Shown here piece after piece: positions 39,705 through 53,235 of a stretch of 64,000 nucleotides of DNA. Below the pieces are notes generated by a model, which searched no databases, was not told the origin of the DNA, and was given only the letters and a program-made list of their open reading frames with translations. Source of the DNA: Lama glama (Eukaryota); assembly GCA_028534125.1 (NCBI GenBank), contig CM052817.1, positions 63,366,001 to 63,430,000 of the forward strand, written 5' to 3'. Position 1 is the stretch's first letter; every line of letters starts with the position of its first letter. Position numbers and translations under genes: made by a program.

Positions 39705-41390
39705 CATTCAATCATTCATTCATCAAATATTTGTTGAGTATCTATTATATACCTGATATGTTTCAGAAACTTCAATACAGAGGTAAATAAGAGAAGCTTC
39801 TGTTCTCATAATGTTTCTATTCTAGTTAAGGTTGATTAAAAAAATAAGCATATAAAGGTACAAGTATACATACACAAGGTAATTTTAGACTGTACTGAAT
39901 TACTATACAAAATATCAAGGATAGTATTGACACAGAAATTACGGATGGAGTGAGATTAGGTGTTTGTATGTGAGGGAGATACAATTTTGGGTAAAGAATC
40001 CCCTTTAGAAAAGTGGAACATGACATGAGCCTCAAATATTTTATAAATGGAGTAAATCTAGAGTAGCATGTTTCATGAAATGATAAAAGAATGAAACCGG
40101 GTCAGACCAAAAAGGAATTGATCGTAAATTTTAAGGGGTTTTATGTATGTGCAGTGGAAGCCACTGGAGAGTCTCAGGCAGGAGTAATATTTAATTTTAC
40201 CCATTATTTTAAAAAGAAAAGTGATGATAATAGACCATGATGGAGCACAAATATGAAAACAATAGATAATAGACCATGGTGGAGCACAAATATGAAAACA
40301 AGAAGACCATTTGGGGGCAGCTGCAATGGGTTAGGAAAGAGATGGTAAAATCATGGATTACAGCAGTAATAGTCTAGATGGTGAGAAATAGATACATTCA
40401 AGATATATTTGCAAATAGAGCCGACAGGATTTGCTGATAAACTGCAGGTGAGAGGAGAGACAAAGAAAGGAATAAGAATAATTTCTGGAATTTGGATCTA
40501 ACCCGATGAAGGTGGCAATGACTGTGGCATTTACTGAGATGCAGAGAAAAGGGACATTCAGAAATGGGGTGTGGAAGAAGGAATCATAAATTCTCTAAAG
40601 AAAATGCTAAATTTGAGGAACATTGTATATCTCAGTGGAGATACCTAGTAGACAAGTGGATAATGAGAGATAACATGGGATTGAAATCTTAAATTTGAAG
40701 TCAGGAACACGTCAGGTACTCATGAAGTCATAAGATTGGCTTAGATCATCAAGAAGACAATGTGTAGACTGGAAAGAAATGAGACCATTGTAAAAAAAAA
40801 AAAAAAGTCCTGGGGCTTCCAAAATTTAGAGGACATCCACAGGAAGAGAAACAAGCCAAGAAGACAGACTGAGCAGCAGATGAGACGGGAGGAACCATGA
40901 TTGTATTATGAAAGCCAAGGGAAGAGCGTATAAAGCAGGATATCAACTTTGCTGAATATTTCTGACAAGCCAAATAAAATGAGAACAAAGTATTGAATAT
41001 AGGATTTGGCAAAATGAAGGTCACTGGTGTTCATAAGAAGAATCTTCTCTATGAAGGAATGGGAGGAATGCCAGATACCAGTGAGCAGAATAGAGAACAG
41101 AAGTGATGTATTGTTGAGATTACATATCTTTTTCAGGAACTATCACTTTCATGAAGTTTTACTGTAAAGGAGGACAGAAAAATATAAAGCAGCATGGCTA
41201 GAACATAGGATCAAGGAAGCTTTCATTTGTTTTTAATGGAGATTTTCAAATATAAAATGGTCATTAGAAAGGGAAAAACATGATGACATAGGAAAAAGGG
41301 AAACATAATTGTTGGAATAAAGTTCCTGAAAGACAAGTGTTACAAAGAGTTTAGGAACCCATGGAGGACTTAACCTTAGGAGCAGTGAGA
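39705..41390 (-). mobile_element. L2 LINE (~1.7 kb)
   Basis: Starts with (TTCA)n tail 'TTCATTCAATCATTCATTCATCAAATATTTGTTGAG', then purine-rich antisense L2 'AATAGAGCCGACAGGATTTGCTGATAAACTG'. Confidence 0.8.
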
Positions 41391-42588
41391 AATTCCTCAT
41401 TGTAACATTCATTTTTCTCATCATCATTATCAATATTTGACATTTTCTTACTATCAAAAATATCAGTATTTATTTCATTTTTTTTTACTAATTACATAAG
41501 TATTAAGCTAATTACATAGCTGATTACATATATACATATACATACCAAATTTTAAATATAATAATTGATTTGTAAGGCATTATCTAGTTTTAAGATGATC
41601 TCATATATGTTACCTAGTTAAATATTTTTATAAAAGCACTGTAAGTTCTTAAGCCTACACAATAGAAAAGTACTCATTTCAGACTGATTTTAATATGCAT
41701 AAACTGTGATTTAAATAATCTCAGAGAAACAGAGTTTAGAATTATTGTTATTTGGTGGTTATCACTGTTTTTCCAAAATCAAGACAATTCAAAGAAATGT
41801 TTTGGAGATACCCTTTTTCTTTGAAGAATGCACAGGAAGGTAATAATTGATGAGCATGGTTTATTGATTAGGCATATGATGGTCAATTAATGCATTCTTT
41901 TTCTATTTGGGCCAACTTTTTTACTTGATTTATTATTATTCAGCCACAAGGATTTTTTTTTTCTTTTTCGCTCAGTTGCTTCTGATAGTTGACAATGTTC
42001 AAAGGTGAAAAGCTGGAATTTACATTTATCAGTGCACACTGGTCATGTCATTGCCTAGCATAGAGTATGTGACTTATATAAGCATGTATGATGAAAAGAA
42101 CAGAGAACAAACACATGCATGTATGTGAGCTCTTCCAGGCCTTAGCACTAAGGGTAAATAATGCTTTTGACCTCATTTTATGTTTGCTATGGGGATGTGT
42201 CACAGGAAGAATAAGGAAACACAACAAAGAAAATATTTTTGAAACAGATTAGTTCTAGAAGACCTCTTCCCACAGGTTATTCTTCTCTCACACTGAATCT
42301 CTGAGGTTAACAAGTAGGGCCTCCCAATTAGAAACTCCAGCTTTATCAGATGACTTATAGAAAAAGTATGAGAGAGCGAGAGAAGGAGGAGGGGAGGGGA
42401 GGGATGCAAGAGGAGGAGGAGGAGGGAAAGATGAGCACAGAGGAATAAGAAAACAATACCAGGAAAAGGCCAAAACTATTTTTATGCACTTAAGATAGAT
42501 AATCCCAAGTTTCATAAAGAGAAAATCAGACAAAACAGCGGGCATCAAAGACACAGCCTTATGCTAGTGATTCACAAGAAGAATGGGA

Positions 42589-42700
42589 CTCTCTCTCTCT
42601 GTCTTTCTCTCTGTCTCTCTATTTCCCTCTCTCTCTCTCTGTCTCTCTCTTTCCCTCTCTCTCTCTCTCTCTCCCTATATATATATATATATATATATAT
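42589..42700. repeat. Compound microsatellite, imperfect (CT)n then (TA)n
   Basis: Direct reading of the sequence. Confidence 0.95.
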
Positions 42701-42994
42701 GCTGTGCATACGTAAATCTTAGGACAGCACATGACAAATCAAAACAAATATACAACAAGAAAAACCTTATTTCTCTTTCCTACCAAATGTCTGAGGGTTT
42801 GCAAAATGTCTGGCTGGTTTGAAGGTTCCACATTCATCAGAGACTTCATAGTTAAATATGAGTGCATTTATAGAATGTTCCTAGAGTCAACTCATGTGTT
42901 TGTTTCATTGTTCATATAAGAAATTTTATATTGAGATTTAAATATTCTCCAGTTACTAGAACATGACATCTGTTAGAATTAGTTGACCATGACA

Positions 42995-43337
42995 GAAACT
43001 ATAATTAATCTTTTCTGTCTTTCACTCTGCCATTCTCAACATGCAGTTTCCACCTGATAGTCAAAATGACTACTTGAATTCCAGCTAATTGACAGGATGC
43101 CATCAAGTAGAATGACAAAGAAAGTTGCAACATCTCCTCTTAAGCACTCTGACTGGGAGTTAATGCAACAATTTTACATATATTCTAGTGGCTAGAATAT
43201 AGTTCTATGGTAACAATTTGTGAGTTTGGGCAGCTGGAAAATACAGCTTTCATTCCAGATTTCTATGTACTCAAATGACACTCTAGAGGAAGGAGGAGAA
43301 TGTGGATACTGGGGGACAACCAGCAGTTTCTGCAACA
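42995..43337 (-). mobile_element. MLT1J-like LTR fragment
   Basis: 'CACTCTGCCATTCTCAACATG...GTGGCTAGAATATAGTTCTATGG...GGATACTGGGGGACAACCAGCAGTTTCTGCAACA'. Confidence 0.6.
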
Positions 43338-43809
43338 AAATCATTTATGCATTTGATGAATATATGAACATATATAAAAATACATAGTGAGCTAGTTATT
43401 GCTAATGAATAGAGGGAACATCGATATAGGCAGACAAGTAACAGTTGCTGCTATGAAGTCATATGTGATATGTGTGTGTATATACTTGTATTTGTGTATA
43501 TAATTATGTTTGTGTATGTATATGTATAATTAGTGACCCCTTACTAATGTTTCTAGTGCTGTTCTAAGCTTTACTTTATTTAATCCTAAAACTTATGCAT
43601 GTTTCTGATAAGAAAACTAAGGCTTTAAAAAACTAAGAACTTGAGAATCTTGCAGTTTGACTTGATTGACTTGAAAATTTAGGCTCTTTATTAGGATGGA
43701 TGGATGGATGGATGGGTGAAATTTGAGTAGACTGATTGCTGATGATGAGTGATAGATGATGCATGGATAGATAGGTATATTAGTAGTGAAACTATACACA
43801 AAACATTTT

Positions 43810-44269
43810 TTCATTTCCTAGGGCCACTGCAACAAAGTATCACAGACCAGATGACTTTAAAAAAAAAAAAACCCAGAAATTTATTCTCTCACAGTTCTGG
43901 AGGCTAGAAGTCCAAAATCAAGGTGTCACAAAGGCAAAGTCCATTCCTTCTGGAGGGCTCTGAGGATTTTATTCCATGCCTCTCTCCTAGCTTCTGGTAG
44001 TTCCTGGCAGTGCTTGGAATTCCTTGGCTTCTAAATGCATCGCTCTAATCTCTACCTCCGTGGAGTTCTTCCCAGTATTTCTGTCTACTGTGTCCAAATT
44101 TCCCTCTTCTTATAAGGACACTAGTCATTGGATTAGTCACTCTAATCCAATGTGATGTCATCTTAACTAATTGTATCTACAAAGGCTGTATTTCCAAATG
44201 AGGCCATATTCACAAGTACTGAGAGTTGGGGCATCAGTGTATCTTTTTGGTAGACACAAACCTGTAACA
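43810..44269 (-). mobile_element. MLT1C-like MaLR LTR
   Basis: 'AGAAATTTATTCTCTCACAGTTCTGGAGGCTAGAAGTCCAAAATCAAGGTGTC...TCTTCTTATAAGGACACTAGTCATTGGATTAG'. Confidence 0.85.
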
Positions 44270-47049
44270 GAAATCTATTTTGATGTGCTGAGGTAGATTT
44301 TCAACAAAAAATAACACTACTTATTCATAGAGATATTTTGATCTTACTTAAGCGAGATTCTTTCCTAAAATTCCAAAGGAGGAATATTATCAGGATTTGT
44401 CTAACAAGAAAATTTTGAACTGAAATGAATTATTAAACATCCGTATTTCCTCTATTGTTGGGCTCAGAAAAGAGCTACTTAATCTTTTTTTATAATGCAA
44501 AATCATGCAAAAAAAAAGAAAAGTTTAACATATGGATAATTAAGAAATAAAAATATCCCTTTCTATCTAGACCTATTTGTAACCATTTAATGTCACTAAG
44601 TTTGTTCCATTTAGTATAAATTAAAATATACCTATATCTTGAGAAATACTGAATGAGAAATAGATAACTAATAAATTATTAGTTCCAAATCAAAAGCCAG
44701 ATAGTAGTTGTAGGAGTATTGAATATGCCCACTATATCAAGAAAAGATTAACTTGAAAAAATACTGGAACAAAGAGAAAAATTATTTTTAATAATGATTT
44801 TATATCTCTGTCTTTAAAGCTCAATTCATAGGCCAAATTGAAGCAAGTCCCAGTATTTATCAAAACCCTGAGATATATACCCTGGTGTAACTTAAGCTAA
44901 AATAATCTTTTGGAAATCATATGATATATGGTTGTTTGGATGGAAAAAGAAACATTACAGGATCTACTGTTGAAATTCATTGTGAAGGGTGAGGAGATAA
45001 TGGGATAACTTTTGAAAAAAGAATTTAAGCAAGATTCATCTGTCGGTTGTATGTAGGATGGAGCAGATGGAGGAGACTGAAGTTAGAACACCTACAAAGT
45101 TCTTTGATTCATCTCAGTATGAGGTGATGAAACTGTTGATTAGGGGGCTGTCAATGAAAATAAAGTGAAAAGAACCTGAGTAAGTGGTATCTCAAAGGGA
45201 TAATTGATAGAATTTGGTGACTAACTGGGTCTTAAAAAGGGTAGGGATGAGTCATATTTCATCCAAAATTTGGAGGCTGAATGACTAGCTTGAATGAAGA
45301 TACAGAGGTAAGAGGTTTTGTTTTTTTTTTAAATAAATATAGTTAAACAAAATGTCACAAGCCAAGAAGAAAAATAATTTACAATATATCAACTTTCTCT
45401 GTATTAGATCTTGGAAAAAGATAGGAGAATGTCAACTCAAACTGCTTTTCTTCTCTTCAGGTGTCTAAACAAAGCCAATAACCTTCTGTTATGCTCCTTC
45501 TATTACTGTCATCAATTTTTCTCTGACCTATTTCATCCCCCTAATGGAAGTTTGGGGAAAATGTGAAGCATTAATTGCTCCTAATAGATATTTGTATAAC
45601 AGATGCCACTGTACTTTCAAATCACATTTTCCCCAAAATTCCAAGTCAATATTATAAACTGTCTAAAAGATCAATGAAGAAAAACATGCCAAAGAAAGCA
45701 TATTAATGGACAGGGATATGGTATATCAAAGAAAGTATGCACAAAATCTGTTTTGTCCCCTGGAGCTCAGTCACCAATGGAGACTGTGAATTTTAAATTT
45801 TATTTCTGTTCATGCTTTTATAATTCTCTTATTTAGGTAAATTGACTTTAAAGGGTTCCAATAATTATGCTTTAATAATACTAAAGCAAAAGGCACACTT
45901 TTAAAAAGTTACAGATCTTAAACAATAGCTTTTAAATTTATTCTTTTACTAAGACATATTTGCAAGTCACATGTGACAATAACTAGGGGAATTTGGGTTA
46001 GTAAATTTAATTTTGCAGAAAAATTGCATTTCAAACCAGATATATTAAAGTTGGTGCTTATTTTAGGAGTATCTGAACAACTGATAGAAAATGTAAATTG
46101 TTTAAAGTAGATATTTTTTGGATTTTCCATACTTAATTGTTCATGGTTTCAAGGAGCTTATGCAGCTCCTTGAAATTATTTTTAAAAACTTAGGTCATCT
46201 TGTTATGCTCTAGTAAATGGTATGAGTAGCTTTTCTAGTTTTACTAAAATACTGAAAAATGAAAATAAGCAATGACATTTTCTACGAAAGTATTACCAAA
46301 TCTCTTAAGGAAATAGGTCTAGTATTTTAATCAAGACTTACTTAGTTTTAGAGATTAGAAGATGGATAAGGGATCAAATACTTGATAGCATTTGAGATAC
46401 ATTAAAGAGATTAAATAATTTTATTTACTATCCTGTGGAAGTAGTCAGATTTCATTGTGTGAGGCAAAGTTTTGGATTAAAAGGCCTTCACAATGTACAC
46501 AATGGATCACCACTCTTATGGATTCGTAACAGCTCAGCTTTGTTCATATTTTAAAGTAAACATTAAATGAAATTCATTTATTTTCAATTATAAAGCAGTA
46601 AGACAATTTTGTAGGGCTTTCCTGGGTAGTGGTTTCTTATCTTTATTTGAAACACGTGTGGTACACTAGCCAATTTATATACTGCTTCATTTTAACAGCA
46701 ATACCGTAACAAAATGGACTGTGAAGAATTTGGTACTGATTATTCTTGACTGACAACACATCAAATCAAGAATACTGTATAAGTCAATAAAGAACTGCTC
46801 AAAGCAAAAATCAAGGAATGTTAATAACTGATTATCTGGCCTTGATCCATGAATGTTTGAAAAACAACTTGTCTTTTACTAATAGCATTAACATGGTATA
46901 TCAAACAGTTAGTCATCTGATACTATTTCATGGAGAATGATAAAGCAATGAGCATATGCAAATGCGTTTTTTTCACGAAAAATTATTTCCATATCCCTAT
47001 ATATCCGTATTATCCAAAATCTATGTGAGAATCATAGGGTATAAAAAAC

Positions 47050-47099
47050 TGTGTGTGTGTGTATATATACATATATGTATGTATGTATGTATGTATGTA
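47050..47099. repeat. Compound microsatellite (TG)n(TA)n(TATG)n
   Basis: Direct reading of the sequence. Confidence 0.9.
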
Positions 47100-48674
47100 T
47101 CTAGAAAGCTGCCCTGAAAGTTTAAGACCTTACTTGAAGAATGGCTTTGAGCACATTTTGAATTCCTAATGATAAAGAACAGATGGGATTGATTGCTAAC
47201 TCAGTGTGAAACAGGAGGAAAATGCCTGCAGATATTCAAGCCTGGTATGGAACAGCTATTCCAGCCCCAGTAGCCAGAGCTTATCAGGGTGAAAGAACCA
47301 GGCTGATGAACACAAGGCAAAGTTTGTGCGGAAGAAGTGAAATCAGCCTAGTAATTGCTTGATTACTGAAAGGAAACTATCACTTCTGGAGGGGGATGTT
47401 TTAATGAACTAAAAAGTAGAGACATACTGGTCTCAGTAGGCTTCAATTAAAAAGTTGCAAGATTTGTTTTCCTGGCACTAGGAGATGCCCAGTAGTAATC
47501 TGTGTTATGGGAGGCCTTTCATACACAGAGTCAACTCCTTTTTTTTTTTTTTTTTTACTTTTAGATTCCCTAAGTCTCCTAAGAAAAAAATATGCCAGTG
47601 AAATGGCAGGTCAGAATCAAATATCTACATAATCCACAGTGGAAAAAATTATTTAAATACCTAGGAATATAGCAAATAGGCTGCTTGGAAATTACTCTAT
47701 TCTACTTAATATCTGCAGAAGATAAAAAAATTATAATCGTGAAATAACAAAGAATAGAAAGATCTTGTCATCTGAGGATGGATTGAAGAATAGACTCTTG
47801 ATTCATTTTGATGTAACATTTTTGTAACACTTCAAGTGCTTAGAAATGCATCGTGTGTAAAAACCATTATTCAGTTAATGAGATGCTAAACCATAATTTG
47901 TGTTGAAATTGTCCAGTGTTGCTTTTCATTAAAGAGATAATGACTCAGAAGATACTTTGGATGTTGCTACAAGCTGCTGTTTTCATTCCATTTTTATTTG
48001 GCAAATTGGGTCACATCATATTACAGGAAGATAACCTGACCTATAATATACCCATGTTACCTGATTTTGTAACACAGAAATGATGAAACGTGAGAGTCCC
48101 TTTGCACCTGGCATGCAATCTCAGCATAATGCCATGCTGAAGCAAGTCAGCAGAACTTTATGCAATATCCTAAATTTTGCTTTAAGACACTTTTGTGTAT
48201 ATTAAACTGTACTCTTGGAACACAAAACATCTGCAAGAGCTCAGTTTGCTATAGTAGACAATATCACAAAGTCTGATGGAGTAGAGAGAGCTCTTATATT
48301 GCTCTTGGATTTGTTGGCATTGCAAACTAGATGAGGGTGAATGCTCCATAGAACTCATTAGCTAGGGAGAGGAAACACCTGGCAGTCACTGACATGCTAA
48401 TATAGTGACTCCCAAAGTAATAGACTTTCTTTGGAAGCATATATAACTAAGCTTCAGGGCAGTTTTCTAAGTTGCCAAGCCCCTTGGTACAAAATCTAAA
48501 TCTCTGAATCTTCCTCTCAAAACAAAGTGTGAGACTATCATGGAGAAAACGCAATTCATAAGTATTTTACTATGATCATAATTCTCAGCACAGATGAAGG
48601 TATGCTGAAATCAGTCAACTTTGCTGGTAATGAAAACTGCCTCTCAGAAATAAGTTGAGTAATATGTCTCTAGG

Positions 48675-48882
48675 CAGAGGTTGGCTTCTTTTTCTGTAAA
48701 GAACCAGGTAGTAAATATTTTCAGCTTTATGGGCTGAACTTTACTCAACTCTACCCTTGAAATGCGACAGAGGCCATAGGTAGTATCTAAATGAATGAGA
48801 ACGGCTGTGTTACAATAAAACTTCCTTTACAAAAACAGGCAATGGGCCACATGACCCAAAGGCTGGAGTTTGTTGACCCCTT
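48675..48882. mobile_element. MER58A-like hAT-Charlie DNA transposon
   Basis: Termini CAGAGGTTGGC...TTTGTTGACCCCT; internal 'GGCTGTGTTACAATAAAACTT'; flanks TCTCTAGG / TCTCTAAA resemble a decayed 8-bp TSD. Confidence 0.85.
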
Positions 48883-49809
48883 CTCTAAAGCCATGTAAAA
48901 TTCATGCCTTGATCCACTAACCCTATTTCTGTGTATGTACCCTAAGGAAGGTGTTTATAAGAGTATTTTTAAAAAATGTATTTCCACCATAATGCTCATT
49001 GCAATTTTATCCATAATGGGCACAATTCTAATTGTCTAATGGCCAATGATGAAGAAATCATCAAGCATCTCAAATAGAGGTAACATTATGCATCTGCCCA
49101 AACATAATTTTGAAGACTATATGTTAATATCTAAATATCTATATTTTAAATAAATAAGAGTAAGTGAAAAATTCAGACTACATAATTTATACACATAAAT
49201 GACAGAAATTAAACATGAACACATATAATCAAAACATTTAAAAAATTCAGAGTGTAAATGGAAGTTAAATTATCCAAAATTCATACATATAAGACAGAGG
49301 GAAATCATTGGGATATATCTGTACATTAATTCAGCAGTCTTTTATTGAGCATTTCCTATGTGAAAGCGTTGTGCTAGGCATTGGAGTAACAGAAATAAAT
49401 GATAGTGCTCCCCTGAAAGAGGCTTACTCACAAACAGTGGAATTATGACACATGCTCCAGTGGCTAATGAAGGAGATTCTAAGGTAGCTATAACAGCATG
49501 AAGGGCAGGAGAAGACCTTGCCTGAGAGGAGGTTAGTAATTTAGTATGGCTGCAGCTGTTAGGTGAGGAATGAGGGGAGATGAGACCAAGAGACCAGATC
49601 AGGGAGAACTTGGTATGAGATGCTGAGGAGTTTAGACTTCATCCAGAAGGCAGTGTGGATGAGGAGACTGGGCTGCATTGGAGAGATTTAAATTTGAAGT
49701 CAAATAATAAAAATAAGAACCTGTTTTCGTATTGATATAAAGGATCTACTAAGTAAAGCAAGGACAACATGTAGGAAACAATTACAGGAAATAGCATAGA
49801 AATGTGTCA

Positions 49810-50030
49810 TTACAGTATCAGTTGAATCCCGGATCCTTCTCTTACCAGTCGTGTGGCCTACAACAAATGTGTTAGCCCTTCTAAGTCTCCTTCTCATCAT
49901 TTGTAAAACTGACATAGTAGTAACACCTTTCTTGACATGGCATTATAAAAATTATGAAAAATATTGTTTATAAAACCATTAGCAGTGTGTATGTCTTGAA
50001 GAATAAACATATAATTGGAAGCTGTTAGAA
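49810..50030 (+). mobile_element. MIR fragment
   Basis: 'GTTGAATCCCGGATC...CTTACCAGTCGTGTGGCC...TTCTCATCATTTGTAAAACTG'. Confidence 0.65.
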
Positions 50031-51290
50031 TAATATACGTTAGCAGTGTTAGAAGCTTGAATAAAATCAAAACCTATGAGAATAATGAAAAAAGAAAATA
50101 TAGACATATTAAGGAAGCCCCTGGACAGGAGAAGGAAAAAGAGGTGTCAAAAATTAAACCTTCTGGGGGATTATGTCAATAACCTAGTTTGGACTTATAT
50201 GGAAAGGAACCAATTTTGGAGTTAGACAAGAATTTGGCTTACCTTGGAAAATTGTTAAAATATTTTAGGTATAAAAATATTGGAGTCTAACTGAATACTG
50301 ATGTGAAAATATGAAAAACATGACTTCATTGTAGTATGCAAAGTGTGTAAGACATAATGCTACGCCGGGCTGGGCTTATAGGTGTGGGAAAACATGAAGT
50401 GAAGAAGAGAAAATATGTTTAAATATATGATTAAAGGACGGTAGTAAAGATCTACCCTTCTGTTGTTTGTATATGTACTTTGAACAGAATTTTCTAATCA
50501 TCCACTAGTGTGTGAAATCCATTTTGGTGTGAAAGATACAGCTATAGCTGAATTTTTTAAAAACTCATTTCTAAGGAATTCGAAGCCAGTGAAAAATCAA
50601 GGAAATAAATTTCTAATAACAGACCCAATTTGATCCTAGTTTGCTTGAATCAAATACTCTTACTGGTAATGCTAATTTCCTCCCAACTTTTAATTCTGTT
50701 CTCTTTAGCAGATGTCTCCTGAACAGAGATGGTGTGTGGGCACAGCTACAGCCCCTTCCTTCCGCTTAGTTCTTCCTTCCATGTAATCTGGAATGCTGTC
50801 AGTGTTCTTCGCCATTGTGCTTTTTTTTTCATTCAATGTATAATTTCTCCATAAATAACTTGCTAATTTCGTGTTCTTGTCTATGATGTGGTAGCATGTC
50901 AAAGAGGCTTTTTAATCTGTAAACAAATTATGTCTATTGCTTTACCCCTGTCAAGAACTCATTGACTCTCTTGCGTGATGAAAGTTAATTGGTTTGTTAA
51001 GCCTGACACTCATCTTTCTTTTTATCAGTCCATGTTAAATTCTTCCCATACCATTCTGTACTTGCTTAAGTGTTCTCATATTGTTTTTCATAATCACTTA
51101 ATCCAATATATTTCCTCTCACTAGAATTACAGTTCTCCTTTTAGGGGCTTAATGTCTATTGAGCTTCTGTCCATAAGAAGAAAATATCTGGCTGAATTTT
51201 GCTCAATTTGATATTTATATTGTACTTTAGCAAATGAATTTGCCCATGTTCTGATTTTGTTAAATTAACATTTGTTCATGGAGCATAGGT

Positions 51291-51787
51291 TGTCAGATAG
51301 TGAATCACAGTTTAACAACAGACCAAAGGAGAAACTGAAATAGAGATTTATTACTCACAGGTCCTGGGGGAAGCATGGCATGCCTCAAGAGGCTACATGG
51401 GGAGGTCAAGGCAGAGTGCAGACACAGCCACAGGATCTGGGGAACATGCCTCTATTAGGATCCATGGACAGAGTGCTTTGGGATTCTAAGACTAAGACCA
51501 GATCGGTGAATTCAAACCAAAAGAGTACAGCCTTGGTAAGTCACATGGAGGTCTTACCTAAGCACAAGGGGAAGGCCCTGGGAGGTGGGAAGACTCGTAA
51601 TCACAAGGGTGATTAGAGGAGTCATATCAGGAACTTAACATTTGCTTGTGACTCTTCGAGCTGTTATTTAGGGCATACGTTGGCATGATGGGCTAGTGTC
51701 AGTTTAAGATCCTTGCAGGTCATTTGGCCAAACAAAATGGATGTCAGGGTAGCAATACCGTGGAGTAGCTTATCTAAAGTCTCAACA
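51291..51787 (-). mobile_element. ERV-type solo LTR (~500 bp), probably ERVL class
   Basis: TG...CA termini, antisense poly(A) signal 'TTTATTACTCACAG', GC-richer than flanks; family not pinned down. Confidence 0.65.
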
Positions 51788-52607
51788 GCCAAAATAGAAA
51801 AAAAAATGTTATTCAATACAGTGCTGTCTGTCAAATGATCTAATCACAAATGAATAATGTTCTTGTGAAATTGTAAACTACAGTTAGGTACTTGTACATC
51901 TCTTTGCAAAGGAAGAAAGATAAGAGAGGAAGGTTCTGGAAAAGCCAGTTTCAACTTGTATCTCCCCATAAGTCATGTGATACATCATGCTCTTTGACAG
52001 TGACATCCATTCAACAACAGCACCATCAGAATGTTCCTGCAGTGATCAATTAAGGGGGAAAATGTGACTTCTAGATATATATTCTCTTAGTTATTTTAAA
52101 TACTAAAATTATACTTTCAAGACACCATAATTCTTATTAGACCCTCATTTTAACTTAGTGAAATAGGATACAATATACCATTATTCCAAAAACATGACAT
52201 TATGAAGTGATCAAATGTTCAGAAGCTGTATTAAGCTTTCTATCCAGTGTGAATTATATCTGTAAAGTGATAGTGTGGTCATTTAGAACCAGCAAGCAGA
52301 CATAAATAGCATAGAACAAGTAGTAAATTATGGCTGAAATGGGTAATTCTGAACAATGAAGTAAAATGGAACAATAAAATATGTATTTAATGATTGACAG
52401 GAAATCAATGAAGAATAGACATGGCCACTTGGCAGCATGCTGAAGCTTTATAAATTTTAGTAGAAGTAGTACAATGTTAATACTATTCTTTTCACAGATT
52501 GTCTGTAATATATTTAATCAAATTGATTAAATAAATTTGGCATCTATTTCATACAAAATACTATGCTAGTTGTTGGGTAGGAGAAGAAATATTTTCTGTA
52601 CCTCTTT

Positions 52608-53235
52608 TGCTAAACCAAACTGTGATCTGCTTGCCTGCACTCAGTAAAGCCAATCTACTGACACCGGGTTGTGGTGAAGAACAGTACAGCATTTATTCCA
52701 GGGCACCAAGCAGGGAGTCCAGGTGGCTAGTGCTCAAAAGGCCCAAACTCCCTGACAGCTTTCAGGGAAAGGTTTTTAAAGACAGGGTGAGCGAGGTGGC
52801 TTCTGGGGTCAGTGATCAGCTCATGGACATTCTTCTGATTGGTTGGTGGCGAGGTAACAGGAGTCAACATCATTAACCTTCTGGTTCCAACTGGTCTGGA
52901 GTCTACATGCTTGTGGGCAGCATACAGTTAACTTCTTCTACCTGGTGGGGGTTTCAGTATCTGCAGAACAGTTCAAAGGACATGGCTCAGAACATTATCC
53001 ATAGCCCTTGAGGAGGAACTAAAGGTCCTTGACTTTGTTTAATGGCTAAGCTGTTATCATCTTGTGTGACTGTTTTCCTTTACGTCTACATTTTCTCACT
53101 TCTCTGGTTAAATTTGTTCTTTGGAACTCAGGGAAGGCCTAGAAGGTTAAAACTTTTGTACAGACAAGAGGCAGGCAGGGGACATGGTGGAAAAGTCTGT
53201 CCTGGGAAGGCCCTATAGGGTCCTACTTGGTTACA
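52608..53235 (-). mobile_element. ERV1-type solo LTR (628 bp)
   Basis: TG...GGTTACA termini, TTTATT near the left end, antisense CCAAT box (CTGATTGG), near-TSD CTTT/CATT. Confidence 0.8.
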
